From an uncultured archaeon (GTDB taxonomy: Archaea > Asgardarchaeota > Thorarchaeia > Thorarchaeales > Thorarchaeaceae), in the NCBI GenBank assembly GCA_964458565.1, contig CAYWJO010000017.1, positions 1 through 60,526 on the forward strand: a stretch of 60,526 bases of DNA, read 5' to 3'. Shown here one piece after another: positions 30,074-38,585 of the stretch (the stretch's first letter is position 1; each line of letters opens with the position of its first letter). The notes beneath the pieces are model-generated. The model did not search any database. It worked only from the letters and a program-made list of their open reading frames with translations, and was not told the DNA's origin. The position numbers and the translations under genes are program-made.

Positions 30074-30955
30074 ATGATACGTGAGATTCATGTATTTAGA
30101 GATAATCAAACACTCTTCAGTGACGTAATCGTCCCCAACAAAGATCTGAGCACAGACGCAATTATGATGCTCGTTTCTTCATCTACGAAAAAACTCCAAG
30201 AATGGAAAATTGATAGCATGGAGATTGAACGCTTTCGCTACGTGTACCTGAATTCGCATGAAACTCAATTCGTTATTACTATGGATAGACAAGCTTCCCT
30301 GCAGAAAGTCAATGAAGCGATGATGAATATAGTGTCAAAATTCATGACTGCATTTGAGAGATGCCTGGAATCTGATGAGTGGAAATCTACAGACTTTAGT
30401 CCCTTTGGTGCAGGATTCAGACAGATTATAGGTCGAATCCCCGTCAAAGTTTGTCTAGCTGGGCACGGTGGTACTGGAAAAACCACGCTTCTTGAACTAG
30501 CGACACTTCCATCACGAGGGCCTCCCCAACAATACGTACCCACTTTTTTTGGTGATAAAGCTCTTCTGAAAGCAGATTTTGACCCATATGTCTTCAGTAT
30601 GTTCGACCTTGGTGGACAGGATCGATTCGTTCAAGAATGGGGAAAGATCATTCGTTCTGGTAGTATGGTTGTTATTGTATCTGATTCAACAACAGACAAC
30701 ATAGCTTGGACAAAACGTGTCGCATACCCTGTATTAAAAAGCGAACTTCCCTATGCTCGGATTATTGCTATAGCTAATAAACAGGACCTTCAGGGTGCTC
30801 TCTCCCCGCAGGAGGTTGGAAAAAGACTAGGTGTTCCAGCCTATGGAATGCAGGCGAACAAGAGAGATTTTAGAGAGAGATGGTTAAAATTACTACGTGC
30901 TCTTGCTTTTGAAGAAGTTGATTTCAATATTGTAGGAGACATAGAGGTTGAATGA
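30074..30955 (+). CDS. Longin domain fused to an Arf/Sar-like small GTPase
   Basis: N-terminal MIREIHVF...FRYVYLNSHETQFVIT (longin-like); G1 GHGGTGKTT, G2 YVPT, G3 FDLGGQ, G4 ANKQD. Confidence 0.88.
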   Translation: MIREIHVFRDNQTLFSDVIVPNKDLSTDAIMMLVSSSTKKLQEWKIDSMEIERFRYVYLNSHETQFVITMDRQASLQKVNEAMMNIVSKFMTAFERCLESDEWKSTDFSPFGAGFRQIIGRIPVKVCLAGHGGTGKTTLLELATLPSRGPPQQYVPTFFGDKALLKADFDPYVFSMFDLGGQDRFVQEWGKIIRSGSMVVIVSDSTTDNIAWTKRVAYPVLKSELPYARIIAIANKQDLQGALSPQEVGKRLGVPAYGMQANKRDFRERWLKLLRALAFEEVDFNIVGDIEVE

Positions 30956-31529
30956 TATGTCCGAATTTGATGATATTACTAAGAGTATAGTCAGTGAAGA
31001 AGAACGGAAAAAGCTGATTGATGAAATAAGTAAAATGAAGGATGTTCTAGATTCATTCAAGTATGGTCTGAACTTTGAGCAATTTGCTGATGAGATCTTC
31101 AAGACTATTGATCGACAAACCCTCGCCATAAAGAAATTGGATGAGCTGATGTCTGATATTGTTTCAAGAATGGCACGTCTTGAATCTCAGTTTAAGGAAG
31201 GAATCAGCATACGTGTATCTTCAATGGCTGAAGGAGCGATAGCTGAAATCCAAGAGGGTTCTGATATTATCCTTGATGATTCAGTATCTAGTGTACGTGA
31301 CTCAGAAATTCCTGAAGGCGATTCAAAAGATACTGCTGAACTTGAACAAGAAGCCGCTGAGATTGAGGTGAAAATGGCACGGTTATTTGAGAAAGAGAAC
31401 GAGCTTCTCGAGATGGTGCATAATGATCCAGCTGGTGCTGAGGAATATGAAGACAAAGCCAGAGTAGCACGCGAAATGAGAACTGAGCTTGAGTCAAGAC
31501 TCAAGAAAATCAAAGAACAACTTCGATGA
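30948..31529 (+). CDS. Acidic coiled-coil hypothetical protein
   Basis: Two heptad-rich helical regions; overlaps the GTPase stop; SD GAGGTT upstream. Confidence 0.8.
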   Translation: MNDMSEFDDITKSIVSEEERKKLIDEISKMKDVLDSFKYGLNFEQFADEIFKTIDRQTLAIKKLDELMSDIVSRMARLESQFKEGISIRVSSMAEGAIAEIQEGSDIILDDSVSSVRDSEIPEGDSKDTAELEQEAAEIEVKMARLFEKENELLEMVHNDPAGAEEYEDKARVAREMRTELESRLKKIKEQLR

Positions 31530-31544
31530 AGAAGGTGATTATAG

Positions 31545-31919
31545 TTGGGACTATTTGATAAATGGCGTCGAAAATCGGATACAAGGACACAAGCAGTTGT
31601 TCGAGGAAGAGAACATATGCGTCCTGCTAAGCCTCTACCTGAGAGAGAGGAACGTGTTAAATTTGATGAGGTAGCTCCAGAAGTACAGCAAAAGCTCCTA
31701 TCCTTGGTTGCAGAATATGAACGTCTCTCTAGAAGACGTGATGAGCTCCAGAGAGAGCGTGGTGAATTGACATTCAAACTGGATAAAGGGGAGCTAACTG
31801 CAATGGAGTTTAGAAAACAATTGAGGGAAAAGATACAGGAAGCATCTCGTTTAACTGAACGTATGAAGGAAACATCCAATCAGCTCTCTGCTTTAGGATA
31901 TCGTGGTGTGTTAAATTAG
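31545..31919 (+). CDS. Small coiled-coil protein with N-terminal amphipathic helix and steadiness-box/SHOCT-like hairpin
   Basis: Starts MGLFDKWRRK; contains LTFKLDKGELTAMEFRKQLREK; SD GGTGA upstream. Confidence 0.75.
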   Translation: MGLFDKWRRKSDTRTQAVVRGREHMRPAKPLPEREERVKFDEVAPEVQQKLLSLVAEYERLSRRRDELQRERGELTFKLDKGELTAMEFRKQLREKIQEASRLTERMKETSNQLSALGYRGVLN

Positions 31920-31929
31920 AGGTGTATGA

Positions 31930-33309
31930 GTGTCGGATAAAGAACTTGATATGTCTGAACAAGAAGAGCCAGACGTATCCGAGGAAACAAAACGCCTTAT
32001 GGATGAAGCCATGAGTAAGGCAGATACCACTCTTGAATCTGACGTAGATGATGATATACCAAAACAGGCAAATACAACTACTACATTGCTTGATGAAACA
32101 TTTGAGAATATCAAAGAGCGAATTGAAGGTCTTATTCTAGAGATTGAAGATTCTACTCGAAGCACTGAACCACAATTCAATGAAAGGATGGCTTTAGTCC
32201 TCGATTCACTTTCAAGTAGATTACGGAGTGCAGGACTTGGTATCTTTACAAACACAGCAATCAAAATTGTGAACGATGAGTTATCGCATGGGGTAAATGG
32301 GAGTGCTTTTCTCAGTCCTATTTATGAAACGATAAGCGAAACGATGAGTCGAGTTGAAGATATTATCACAAAGACTCATCGTGGCGCATTGAAAAGCTTG
32401 ACTTTTCGAACTAGTGATCTTCAAGGTCGAATAGTACAGAATTATGCAAGACTGAATGAAATGGAAACAGAACTCGCATCAACTAAAACCGAATTGAGTA
32501 AGTGGCGAGCTCGATCAAGAGAACTTGATGAAATAATTAGAAGAAGTGAGGAATCTATTGAGGCTCAAAATAAGAAAGCTCAGCAACAACAAGAAGTAAT
32601 TGATGAACTTCAGAATCTGCTTACTCAGCGTGAGGAAGCAATTACTGTCCTAAGAGGGGAGCTAAGTCAATCTCAAGCACACATTGAACAGCTCCAACAA
32701 ATGATTGAGAAATTGGATAATGCTGAGGAGATAGTAAGTGATTACGAAGACAAGATAATGGAGATTTCTAGGCTTGAAGGACAAATTACTGAGCAGCTAG
32801 AACTTATAGCTCAGAGAAACTCATCTATTGATAGAATAAGTGCTCAAATAGAGCAACTTCAGATTGATAATGCTGAGTTAGAAACAAAGTTCGAGAACTT
32901 GAAACGCGAGTCCTCCATGGCTATTGGAATAAAAGACTCCCTTGAAGATGATGTTTCTAAGCTAAACGGGCAACTTGAAGAGCTTCGTGCAAGATGGGAC
33001 CTTCTTTATCAAGTCGCTGAGGATGAACCTGCATTCAAAGCATATTTCCTTGTCGCGGGACGTGATACTACTTGGTTACCTCTCTCACATCTATCATCAG
33101 CACTTGGTATTCCCTCTGTTGCTCTAAGAAGGCAGCTACAGAAATTCATTGATGCTGGGCTTATTGAAATAGACGATGACAAGATTCGTCCTCGCACGTT
33201 GTCTGAAGTTTCTGAAACCGCAAAGGAACTTGACAAGCAGATACTCAAAGAGGCTGAATCTGAACTAACACAGACTAGAAATGATAAAACCATTGAAGAT
33301 GCTGATTAA
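31930..33309 (+). CDS. Long coiled-coil protein with C-terminal winged-helix domain
   Basis: About 200 aa of continuous heptads, then LPLSHLSSALGIPSVALRRQLQKFIDAGLIEIDDD (wHTH). No P-loop. Confidence 0.8.
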   Translation: MSDKELDMSEQEEPDVSEETKRLMDEAMSKADTTLESDVDDDIPKQANTTTTLLDETFENIKERIEGLILEIEDSTRSTEPQFNERMALVLDSLSSRLRSAGLGIFTNTAIKIVNDELSHGVNGSAFLSPIYETISETMSRVEDIITKTHRGALKSLTFRTSDLQGRIVQNYARLNEMETELASTKTELSKWRARSRELDEIIRRSEESIEAQNKKAQQQQEVIDELQNLLTQREEAITVLRGELSQSQAHIEQLQQMIEKLDNAEEIVSDYEDKIMEISRLEGQITEQLELIAQRNSSIDRISAQIEQLQIDNAELETKFENLKRESSMAIGIKDSLEDDVSKLNGQLEELRARWDLLYQVAEDEPAFKAYFLVAGRDTTWLPLSHLSSALGIPSVALRRQLQKFIDAGLIEIDDDKIRPRTLSEVSETAKELDKQILKEAESELTQTRNDKTIEDAD

Positions 33310-33330
33310 CAACGAAAACGAGGACTTGAC

Positions 33331-33666
33331 ATGAGTAAAACAATGGATGATGTTATGAGATTTCTCGAGAACTACACGCTTGCGTGGCATCACTGGTTGA
33401 TTCTCCTATCACTTTTGAAACTCAATGGCAGTGGCACAAAACATCAGATTTTTCCAGTGTTCAAGAAGGAGGGTTTCTCTCCCCATGCTATTGAGGATAT
33501 TTTCAGGACTGATTTGCTTGAATTAGGACCTTCGGTTGAAGTCGAAGGTGGTCTTGATAATCTTCAAGATAGTTCAATGATATACCTTACTGATGAGCCA
33601 AAATTCCGTTCTTTTCTTAAGAAAAACCTGAAATCCGTAGTTCGTACGCTAAAGATGAGGAAATAA
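33331..33666 (+). CDS. Hypothetical protein (111 aa, possibly winged-helix-like)
   Basis: SD GAGGA upstream; in-operon position; WLILLSLLKLNGSGTKHQIF pattern. Confidence 0.75.
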   Translation: MSKTMDDVMRFLENYTLAWHHWLILLSLLKLNGSGTKHQIFPVFKKEGFSPHAIEDIFRTDLLELGPSVEVEGGLDNLQDSSMIYLTDEPKFRSFLKKNLKSVVRTLKMRK

Positions 33667-33709
33667 TTTTACTACAAACGTTTTATTAGTTCATTACCTT
33701 CCCTAATCT

Positions 33710-34045
33710 TTGTGGGAAGAAATGCCAATCGAGGCCTCTATTTGTGCAAATTGCAAGAAAGCAATTGTTCCTCCTAGATCCATGTGTCCTTATTGCAATT
33801 CTGGTGCACACTTAATGAATAAGACCGCCGTTGGTGATCACGGGTCAATACTTAGTTATTCCGTGCTTGAAGTTCCCCCTGAAGGATTTGATGCTCCTCT
33901 ATTATTGGCATTAGTTGAACTTGAAAAAGGAGCTGTTGTTCTTTCAATGGGAAATTCAAAGAATTTGATTGATGTTGAGATTGGGGCTAAAGTCAATCTA
34001 GAAAAGGATGATTCCGGTAGATTCAGATTTTCTATAGTAAAATAA
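33710..34045 (+). CDS. DUF35 Zn-ribbon/OB-fold protein (thiolase partner, ChsH2-like)
   Basis: CANC...PPRSMCPYC, G.ILSYS, PPEGFDAPLLLALVELE, IGAKV. Confidence 0.9.
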   Translation: MWEEMPIEASICANCKKAIVPPRSMCPYCNSGAHLMNKTAVGDHGSILSYSVLEVPPEGFDAPLLLALVELEKGAVVLSMGNSKNLIDVEIGAKVNLEKDDSGRFRFSIVK

Positions 34046-34049
34046 ATGG

Positions 34050-34162
34050 AACTGTGGGATTGTGCAGGTTGGGGACATCCATCCGTGGATATCCCCGGTT
34101 GCACAAGAACAAGGGGACCGATATCTATGACCCTCCGAGGTCATATTTCAATTCCCCTTCTA
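34050..34162 (-). ncRNA. Putative ~115-nt two-hairpin structured RNA
   Basis: GC-rich intergenic island with two bipartite stems: 34060-34066/34100-34106 plus 34071-34081/34086-34096, and 34111-34117/34153-34159 plus 34126-34132/34139-34145. The one stem mismatch is G-U on the minus strand. TATA-like CTTAAAT lies ~25-30 nt upstream and a U-rich tract downstream on the minus strand. Confidence 0.55.
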
Positions 34163-34239
34163 TGTAATAGTATTACGTGGAAAGGCATTTAAGAGTTGTT
34201 CGTGTTTGAAATGTATTGATATCCCTGTAGTGATGTATT

Positions 34240-34602
34240 ATGAAAGAAAAAGATGAAGTTGTTGTTCAGAAGATGGGTGTACAACTTAGCATCAGGGATG
34301 AATTGATGGATCGTCTTTCCATCGAAGGTTTCGGATTGGAAGAGCGGAAGAAACGTGAGGTTTCTGTTATGACTCGTATGAGTCAGGATGTGGTTGATAT
34401 CCTTGATGCGTTAGTTGAGCTTGAGGTGTTCAGGAGTCGTTCGGAAGCGGTTGCTGCGTTTGTAGTCAAGGTGATTCAAGGACGGTTTCCTCTATATATG
34501 GAAATCAAGAAACAAGCAGAAGAAGTTAGGAAGAAAAGATCTGCTGCACAGCATCTAGCAATTCAAGTTATGCGAGAATCGACCGAGAGTGACGAAAAGT
34601 AA
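34240..34602 (+). CDS. Ribbon-helix-helix (CopG-like) protein
   Basis: VVMTRMSQDVVDILDALVELEVFRSRSEAV-type RHH signature (sequence SVMTRMSQDVVDILDALV...RSRSEAV). Confidence 0.8.
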   Translation: MKEKDEVVVQKMGVQLSIRDELMDRLSIEGFGLEERKKREVSVMTRMSQDVVDILDALVELEVFRSRSEAVAAFVVKVIQGRFPLYMEIKKQAEEVRKKRSAAQHLAIQVMRESTESDEK

Positions 34603-34669
34603 ATCCCGGTTTCTACCTATCTCGTTAGTGTTTTAAGTAGTTACTAGTAGTGACGACTAGGTTAAGACA

Positions 34670-35839
34670 ATGAATGCGTTCCTGTCAGATGTTCTTTGGA
34701 CTGATGAAGAAATTGAGTTTAGGAAGGAAGTAAGAGCCTTCTGTGAGAAAGAGATAGAGCCAATCGCTGATGAGATTGACAAGGGTCCCTATCCTCGAGA
34801 ACTGTTACTAAAGATTGGAAAAGCTGGACTGATGGGAGTTTTGCATGATGCAAATGCAGGTGGATCCAATAGAGGTGTATCCTATGAGATTATTGTAGCT
34901 GAAGAAATATCGGCTGTGAATGGTGGTCTCGATATGGCTCGTATGTCTTCAACCACTCTCTTTGGAATGCCAGTTTCCAAATTCGGAACACCTGAGCAGA
35001 AGAAGAAGTACCTCAAACCCATTGTTTCTGGGGAACAAGTGGGTTGTATTGGGATAACAGAACCTGATGTGGGGTCTGATACTGCAGGTATGAAGACACG
35101 TGCAGAGAAAGATGGCGATGAATGGGTCATCAATGGTGAGAAGCGTTACATAACAAATGGAAGTCAAGCTGACTATATGTGTTGCTTTGCAATTACTGAT
35201 CCTTCCGTCCCTGCAAAGAAGGGAATGAGTGCTTTCATCGTTGATACAAAGACAGATGGCTTTTCTGTTGTTAAGGATCATGACCTACTAGGTATGAAGT
35301 CTGCCAGAGTCTCTTGGTTGAAAATGGAAAATGTTCGTGTTAAACCTGGAATGTTACTTGGAGAACTTGGTCAGGGCTTTTCCATATTGATGGACGAACT
35401 TGATAGCGAGCGTACAGCTATCGCAGGTGAGGCTATAGGATATGGGCGAACCCCCTTTGAAATCGCTGTAAAATATGCAAATGAGCGAGAACAGTTCGGA
35501 CGACCAATTCGGATGTTTGAAGGAGTAAGTTTCAAGGTTGCTGATATGGCGATGAAGCTCGAAGCTGGAAGAGCTCTTACACTCACTGCTGCAAGGATGC
35601 TTGATAAAGGTCAGAAAACCACTAAGCAAGCCTCGATTGCCAAACTATACACAACAGAGGCTGCGATTGATATCACAAATTCAGCTCTTCAAATATTGGG
35701 TGGGGCTGGTTATACGACCGACTATCCTGTTGAAAGATTCCTTCGAGATGCTCGATTAATGACAATTGGTGGTGGAACGGCCGAGATTCTAAGGTTTCTG
35801 ATTCAACGTGAAGTCTACAAGGAATATTTTCCAAGATAG
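34670..35839 (+). CDS. Acyl-CoA dehydrogenase (isovaleryl/LCAD-type catalytic arrangement)
   Basis: ITEPDVGSD, NGEKRYITNG, REQFGRPI, QILGGAGY, RDAR; IGGGTAEI plus LDSER. Confidence 0.93.
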   Translation: MNAFLSDVLWTDEEIEFRKEVRAFCEKEIEPIADEIDKGPYPRELLLKIGKAGLMGVLHDANAGGSNRGVSYEIIVAEEISAVNGGLDMARMSSTTLFGMPVSKFGTPEQKKKYLKPIVSGEQVGCIGITEPDVGSDTAGMKTRAEKDGDEWVINGEKRYITNGSQADYMCCFAITDPSVPAKKGMSAFIVDTKTDGFSVVKDHDLLGMKSARVSWLKMENVRVKPGMLLGELGQGFSILMDELDSERTAIAGEAIGYGRTPFEIAVKYANEREQFGRPIRMFEGVSFKVADMAMKLEAGRALTLTAARMLDKGQKTTKQASIAKLYTTEAAIDITNSALQILGGAGYTTDYPVERFLRDARLMTIGGGTAEILRFLIQREVYKEYFPR

Positions 35840-35846
35840 AATCTGA

Positions 35847-35872
35847 GGGAGGTAATTCCTCCCCTTTCTTCT
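35847..35872 (+). terminator. Hairpin plus pyrimidine tract after the acyl-CoA dehydrogenase
   Basis: GGGAGG-TAATT-CCTCCC followed by CTTTCTTCT. Confidence 0.55.
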
Positions 35873-36156
35873 ATCCTGCTTCATATGGTTCGCATAGCGC
35901 TGATGGCGCTCCTATAATTCTTCTGACTTTTGAGCTACTAAGTAATATTCCCCAGATTACAATGAAAACAATCGTTGAGAAATGTGGTAGCATATTGCAT
36001 CCTACAAAGATTCTCTTGAAGTAGGAGAAAAACAAGCAAATTAGTAATTTTCGAATTCGCAGACTCTTGTCTTCATTTCAAGAACCTATAGATAGATAAG
36101 CTGTAATTGATTATCAGATATTTGGAAATTATCAATTCAGCCGGAGCTGCAGATAA

Positions 36157-36709
36157 ATGACCAAATTAGAATATCTGATGGTATACACCCAAGCAGGGTT
36201 TCCTATCTACAGTAGATGTTATGGGGACTTTTGTAAGACAGCGTTTAAGAATCCTGAACTTCTTTCAGGTTTTCTATCTGCACTTGAAACCATTCCTTTG
36301 ACCTTAGGCGATGGATTAAAACTTGATGCAATACAAATGGGTCCAACTCAAATGCGTTTTGCTAAGACTACCCCAAGTGGCCATTCCATTGTTGTAGGTC
36401 TTTCAGATGACGATATATAAGTTGCAAATGATATTTTCAAAGAAGTGGATACGATACTTCGCAAAGATATTTTTCGCAAACTGGACTGGACAATAATCGA
36501 CTCTAGCATGATGAATGAATTCAAAAAGAACTTCTTGAGACTGCGTTTGTTCAAGCTATGCATGACCATGGTGGATTTCACGATGAGTGCGAATTGGTGA
36601 CCAGTGTCCAATGCATACGACTGCCATCCAAACTCGTAATGATAGAATTTGGACTACAATCAAAGGGAAATTTTCAGCATTGAGAGCAAGAATGTCTAGC
36701 TCGAAATAA
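36157..36709 (+). pseudogene. Disrupted longin-domain protein
   Basis: YLMVYTQAGFPIYSR...LLSGFLSAL longin pattern; TAA at 36418-36420. Coding-like sequence continues (VANDIFKEVD...) with apparent frameshifts near 36525 and 36595 through HDHGGFHDECE/GDQCPMH... to TAA 36707-36709. Confidence 0.7.
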
Positions 36710-36715
36710 AGAAGT

Positions 36716-36735
36716 TGGAGGGTAACGACCCTCCA
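36716..36735. terminator. Hairpin between convergent genes
   Basis: TGGAGGG-TAACGA-CCCTCCA. Confidence 0.5.
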
Positions 36736-36736
36736 T

Positions 36737-38518
36737 TTAGTTTTTCACGAAGGTGATAATTCTGTATTCATCGTTTACGATATTGACTGTCGCAGTAAAT
36801 GATTCACCTACCTGAATGTTTAACAAATCATACCAATCAGTTAGATTCATCCAGCCACGAGTACCCTCAAGCCATTCATATGTTGAATTATCAGTCCTAA
36901 TTACAAAGTGCGTATCACCATCGTAAACATATGAGGTCTTGTTGAGTACGTTTGCAGTTATATTGAATGTATCAACTGGTGGTTGTTCTATTGTACCACC
37001 CATGACTTCCACAAATCCTTCACGAGCTATTCGAACGAGGTCCTCTCCTCTAAGAGCACCTCCAGTTTCCTGATAGAACAACTTTGATGTGTCAAAAGCA
37101 TCGACAAGAGCGAGGCCCTGAAGCCTGATATCACTCAAGTAATATTCATCATCATATGATGAAATACTAGTCCAGTAAATTGGACAATACCACGCATAAG
37201 TTGTTACTGTAGGAGTTAGGTGGACAGGGTACAGAAGTGGCATAGCTCCTTTGTATACAGATCTGTCCAATAATGGATTCGTTGTAAATACCTGGTTTAC
37301 TGCTGACTCTCCACTTTGATAACTTGCACCACTGAGATCATGGTAAAAGATACCATCAGATGTTGCACGAAATATTCCGCTCAATGAGAGTGAGGAGCTA
37401 CTTGGTGGATGCACCGCAATGAATGCCTCTACTCGATTTGTATCAGGATTTAGTATGTATCTTGTATCCTCAGTCATCTCAAGTCTATCGCTAGATGGAG
37501 GAATGACCCATAGAAATCCACCTGCAAAAAGGTCGAATGTGTCATTACGTCTGTATCCTCCCCAACGAGTTACCTGACGTTCTAACCATTCCTCACTATA
37601 TTTCTGAGTGATCCAATCTGGTGCCTCATCAACTGTTGCATATGCAACTTGTGTCCCATTCTCATAATATACAATTGGGCCTATCGGGATTTCAATAAAA
37701 TTGAATGCGAGGTTGGTTCGAGTTTGCACGTAGACCAAGTCGCCGTTGGGATCCCATGTAGGATATGCGTATTCGTATATATTGGTCATATCATTCAGAT
37801 AGTTCCCAAACTGAATGTCTTTGTCCCAGAAGAGCCCTTCAGCGTATGGAAACTCCAAGCCATCTATAACCTGTATGTTCTCAGGTGAAGGATCATTTGC
37901 ATCCACAATAATCATAGCCCTCATGTAATTCTGAGCCAGCACATTTGTAGATACGACAGCACATGCCCAAACTAGTCTCCCTTGATACGTTGTTATGTGT
38001 GCTGCAGAAATAGTAACTTCAGATCCTATGGTAGCAATCTTCTGATTGGCTAGAAAAATCGCATATTCGCTTGTGACCATCCTGACCATGTTATCAGGAA
38101 TTGGGTTTTCAAATAGCTCACTATCATCTACTGTGATCCAATCATCATTGAAGGAATATGCATTATTAACATCTGCAGTCCAACTGATGAGCCCTGAAAA
38201 CATTGGCATTAGGAGAAGAATTAGAAACCCAATGCATGTGATAGGAACTCTTAATCCCTGCATCATTTCCTCAACATCTCCCGGACGAAATCCAGTGGAG
38301 AGGATTAACAATAGTCCAAAGCTCATTACCAATGCTAGTATCGCCCAAGGCAGAGTTGCCATCATAATAAGACAGATGACAAACCATGCTGCTGTGCCCC
38401 AAATCAACCTCAAAGGTAACCATCTAATCAATCGATGTGGGCTGAGCATACCTCTTTCATAAGGTAATGGAATGCAGTGTGCAATTAGTGATATGATAAG
38501 AAATAGCATGATATTCAA
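36737..38518 (-). CDS. Hypothetical membrane protein with large extracytoplasmic domain
   Basis: 3-4 N-terminal TM helices, then a ~480-aa soluble region; SD GGAGGA upstream. Confidence 0.8.
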   Translation of the reverse strand: MNIMLFLIISLIAHCIPLPYERGMLSPHRLIRWLPLRLIWGTAAWFVICLIMMATLPWAILALVMSFGLLLILSTGFRPGDVEEMMQGLRVPITCIGFLILLLMPMFSGLISWTADVNNAYSFNDDWITVDDSELFENPIPDNMVRMVTSEYAIFLANQKIATIGSEVTISAAHITTYQGRLVWACAVVSTNVLAQNYMRAMIIVDANDPSPENIQVIDGLEFPYAEGLFWDKDIQFGNYLNDMTNIYEYAYPTWDPNGDLVYVQTRTNLAFNFIEIPIGPIVYYENGTQVAYATVDEAPDWITQKYSEEWLERQVTRWGGYRRNDTFDLFAGGFLWVIPPSSDRLEMTEDTRYILNPDTNRVEAFIAVHPPSSSSLSLSGIFRATSDGIFYHDLSGASYQSGESAVNQVFTTNPLLDRSVYKGAMPLLYPVHLTPTVTTYAWYCPIYWTSISSYDDEYYLSDIRLQGLALVDAFDTSKLFYQETGGALRGEDLVRIAREGFVEVMGGTIEQPPVDTFNITANVLNKTSYVYDGDTHFVIRTDNSTYEWLEGTRGWMNLTDWYDLLNIQVGESFTATVNIVNDEYRIITFVKN

Positions 38519-38585
38519 ACCGAGTCCTCCTCGAGAGATTCATGTTTCATGCTGAAATAAGAATTAGCTTTCCTTATAGTTTATT

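Noticed and set aside
31187-31879. 230-aa minus-strand ORF
   Set aside because: Antisense shadow of two coiled-coil genes; Ser/Leu-rich with no motifs.
31930-33309. SMC/Rad50 assignment
   Set aside because: No Walker A/B, signature motif or hinge.
35880-36040. Short hydrophobic minus-strand frame
   Set aside because: About 50 codons with no convincing start or family motif; at most a gene remnant.
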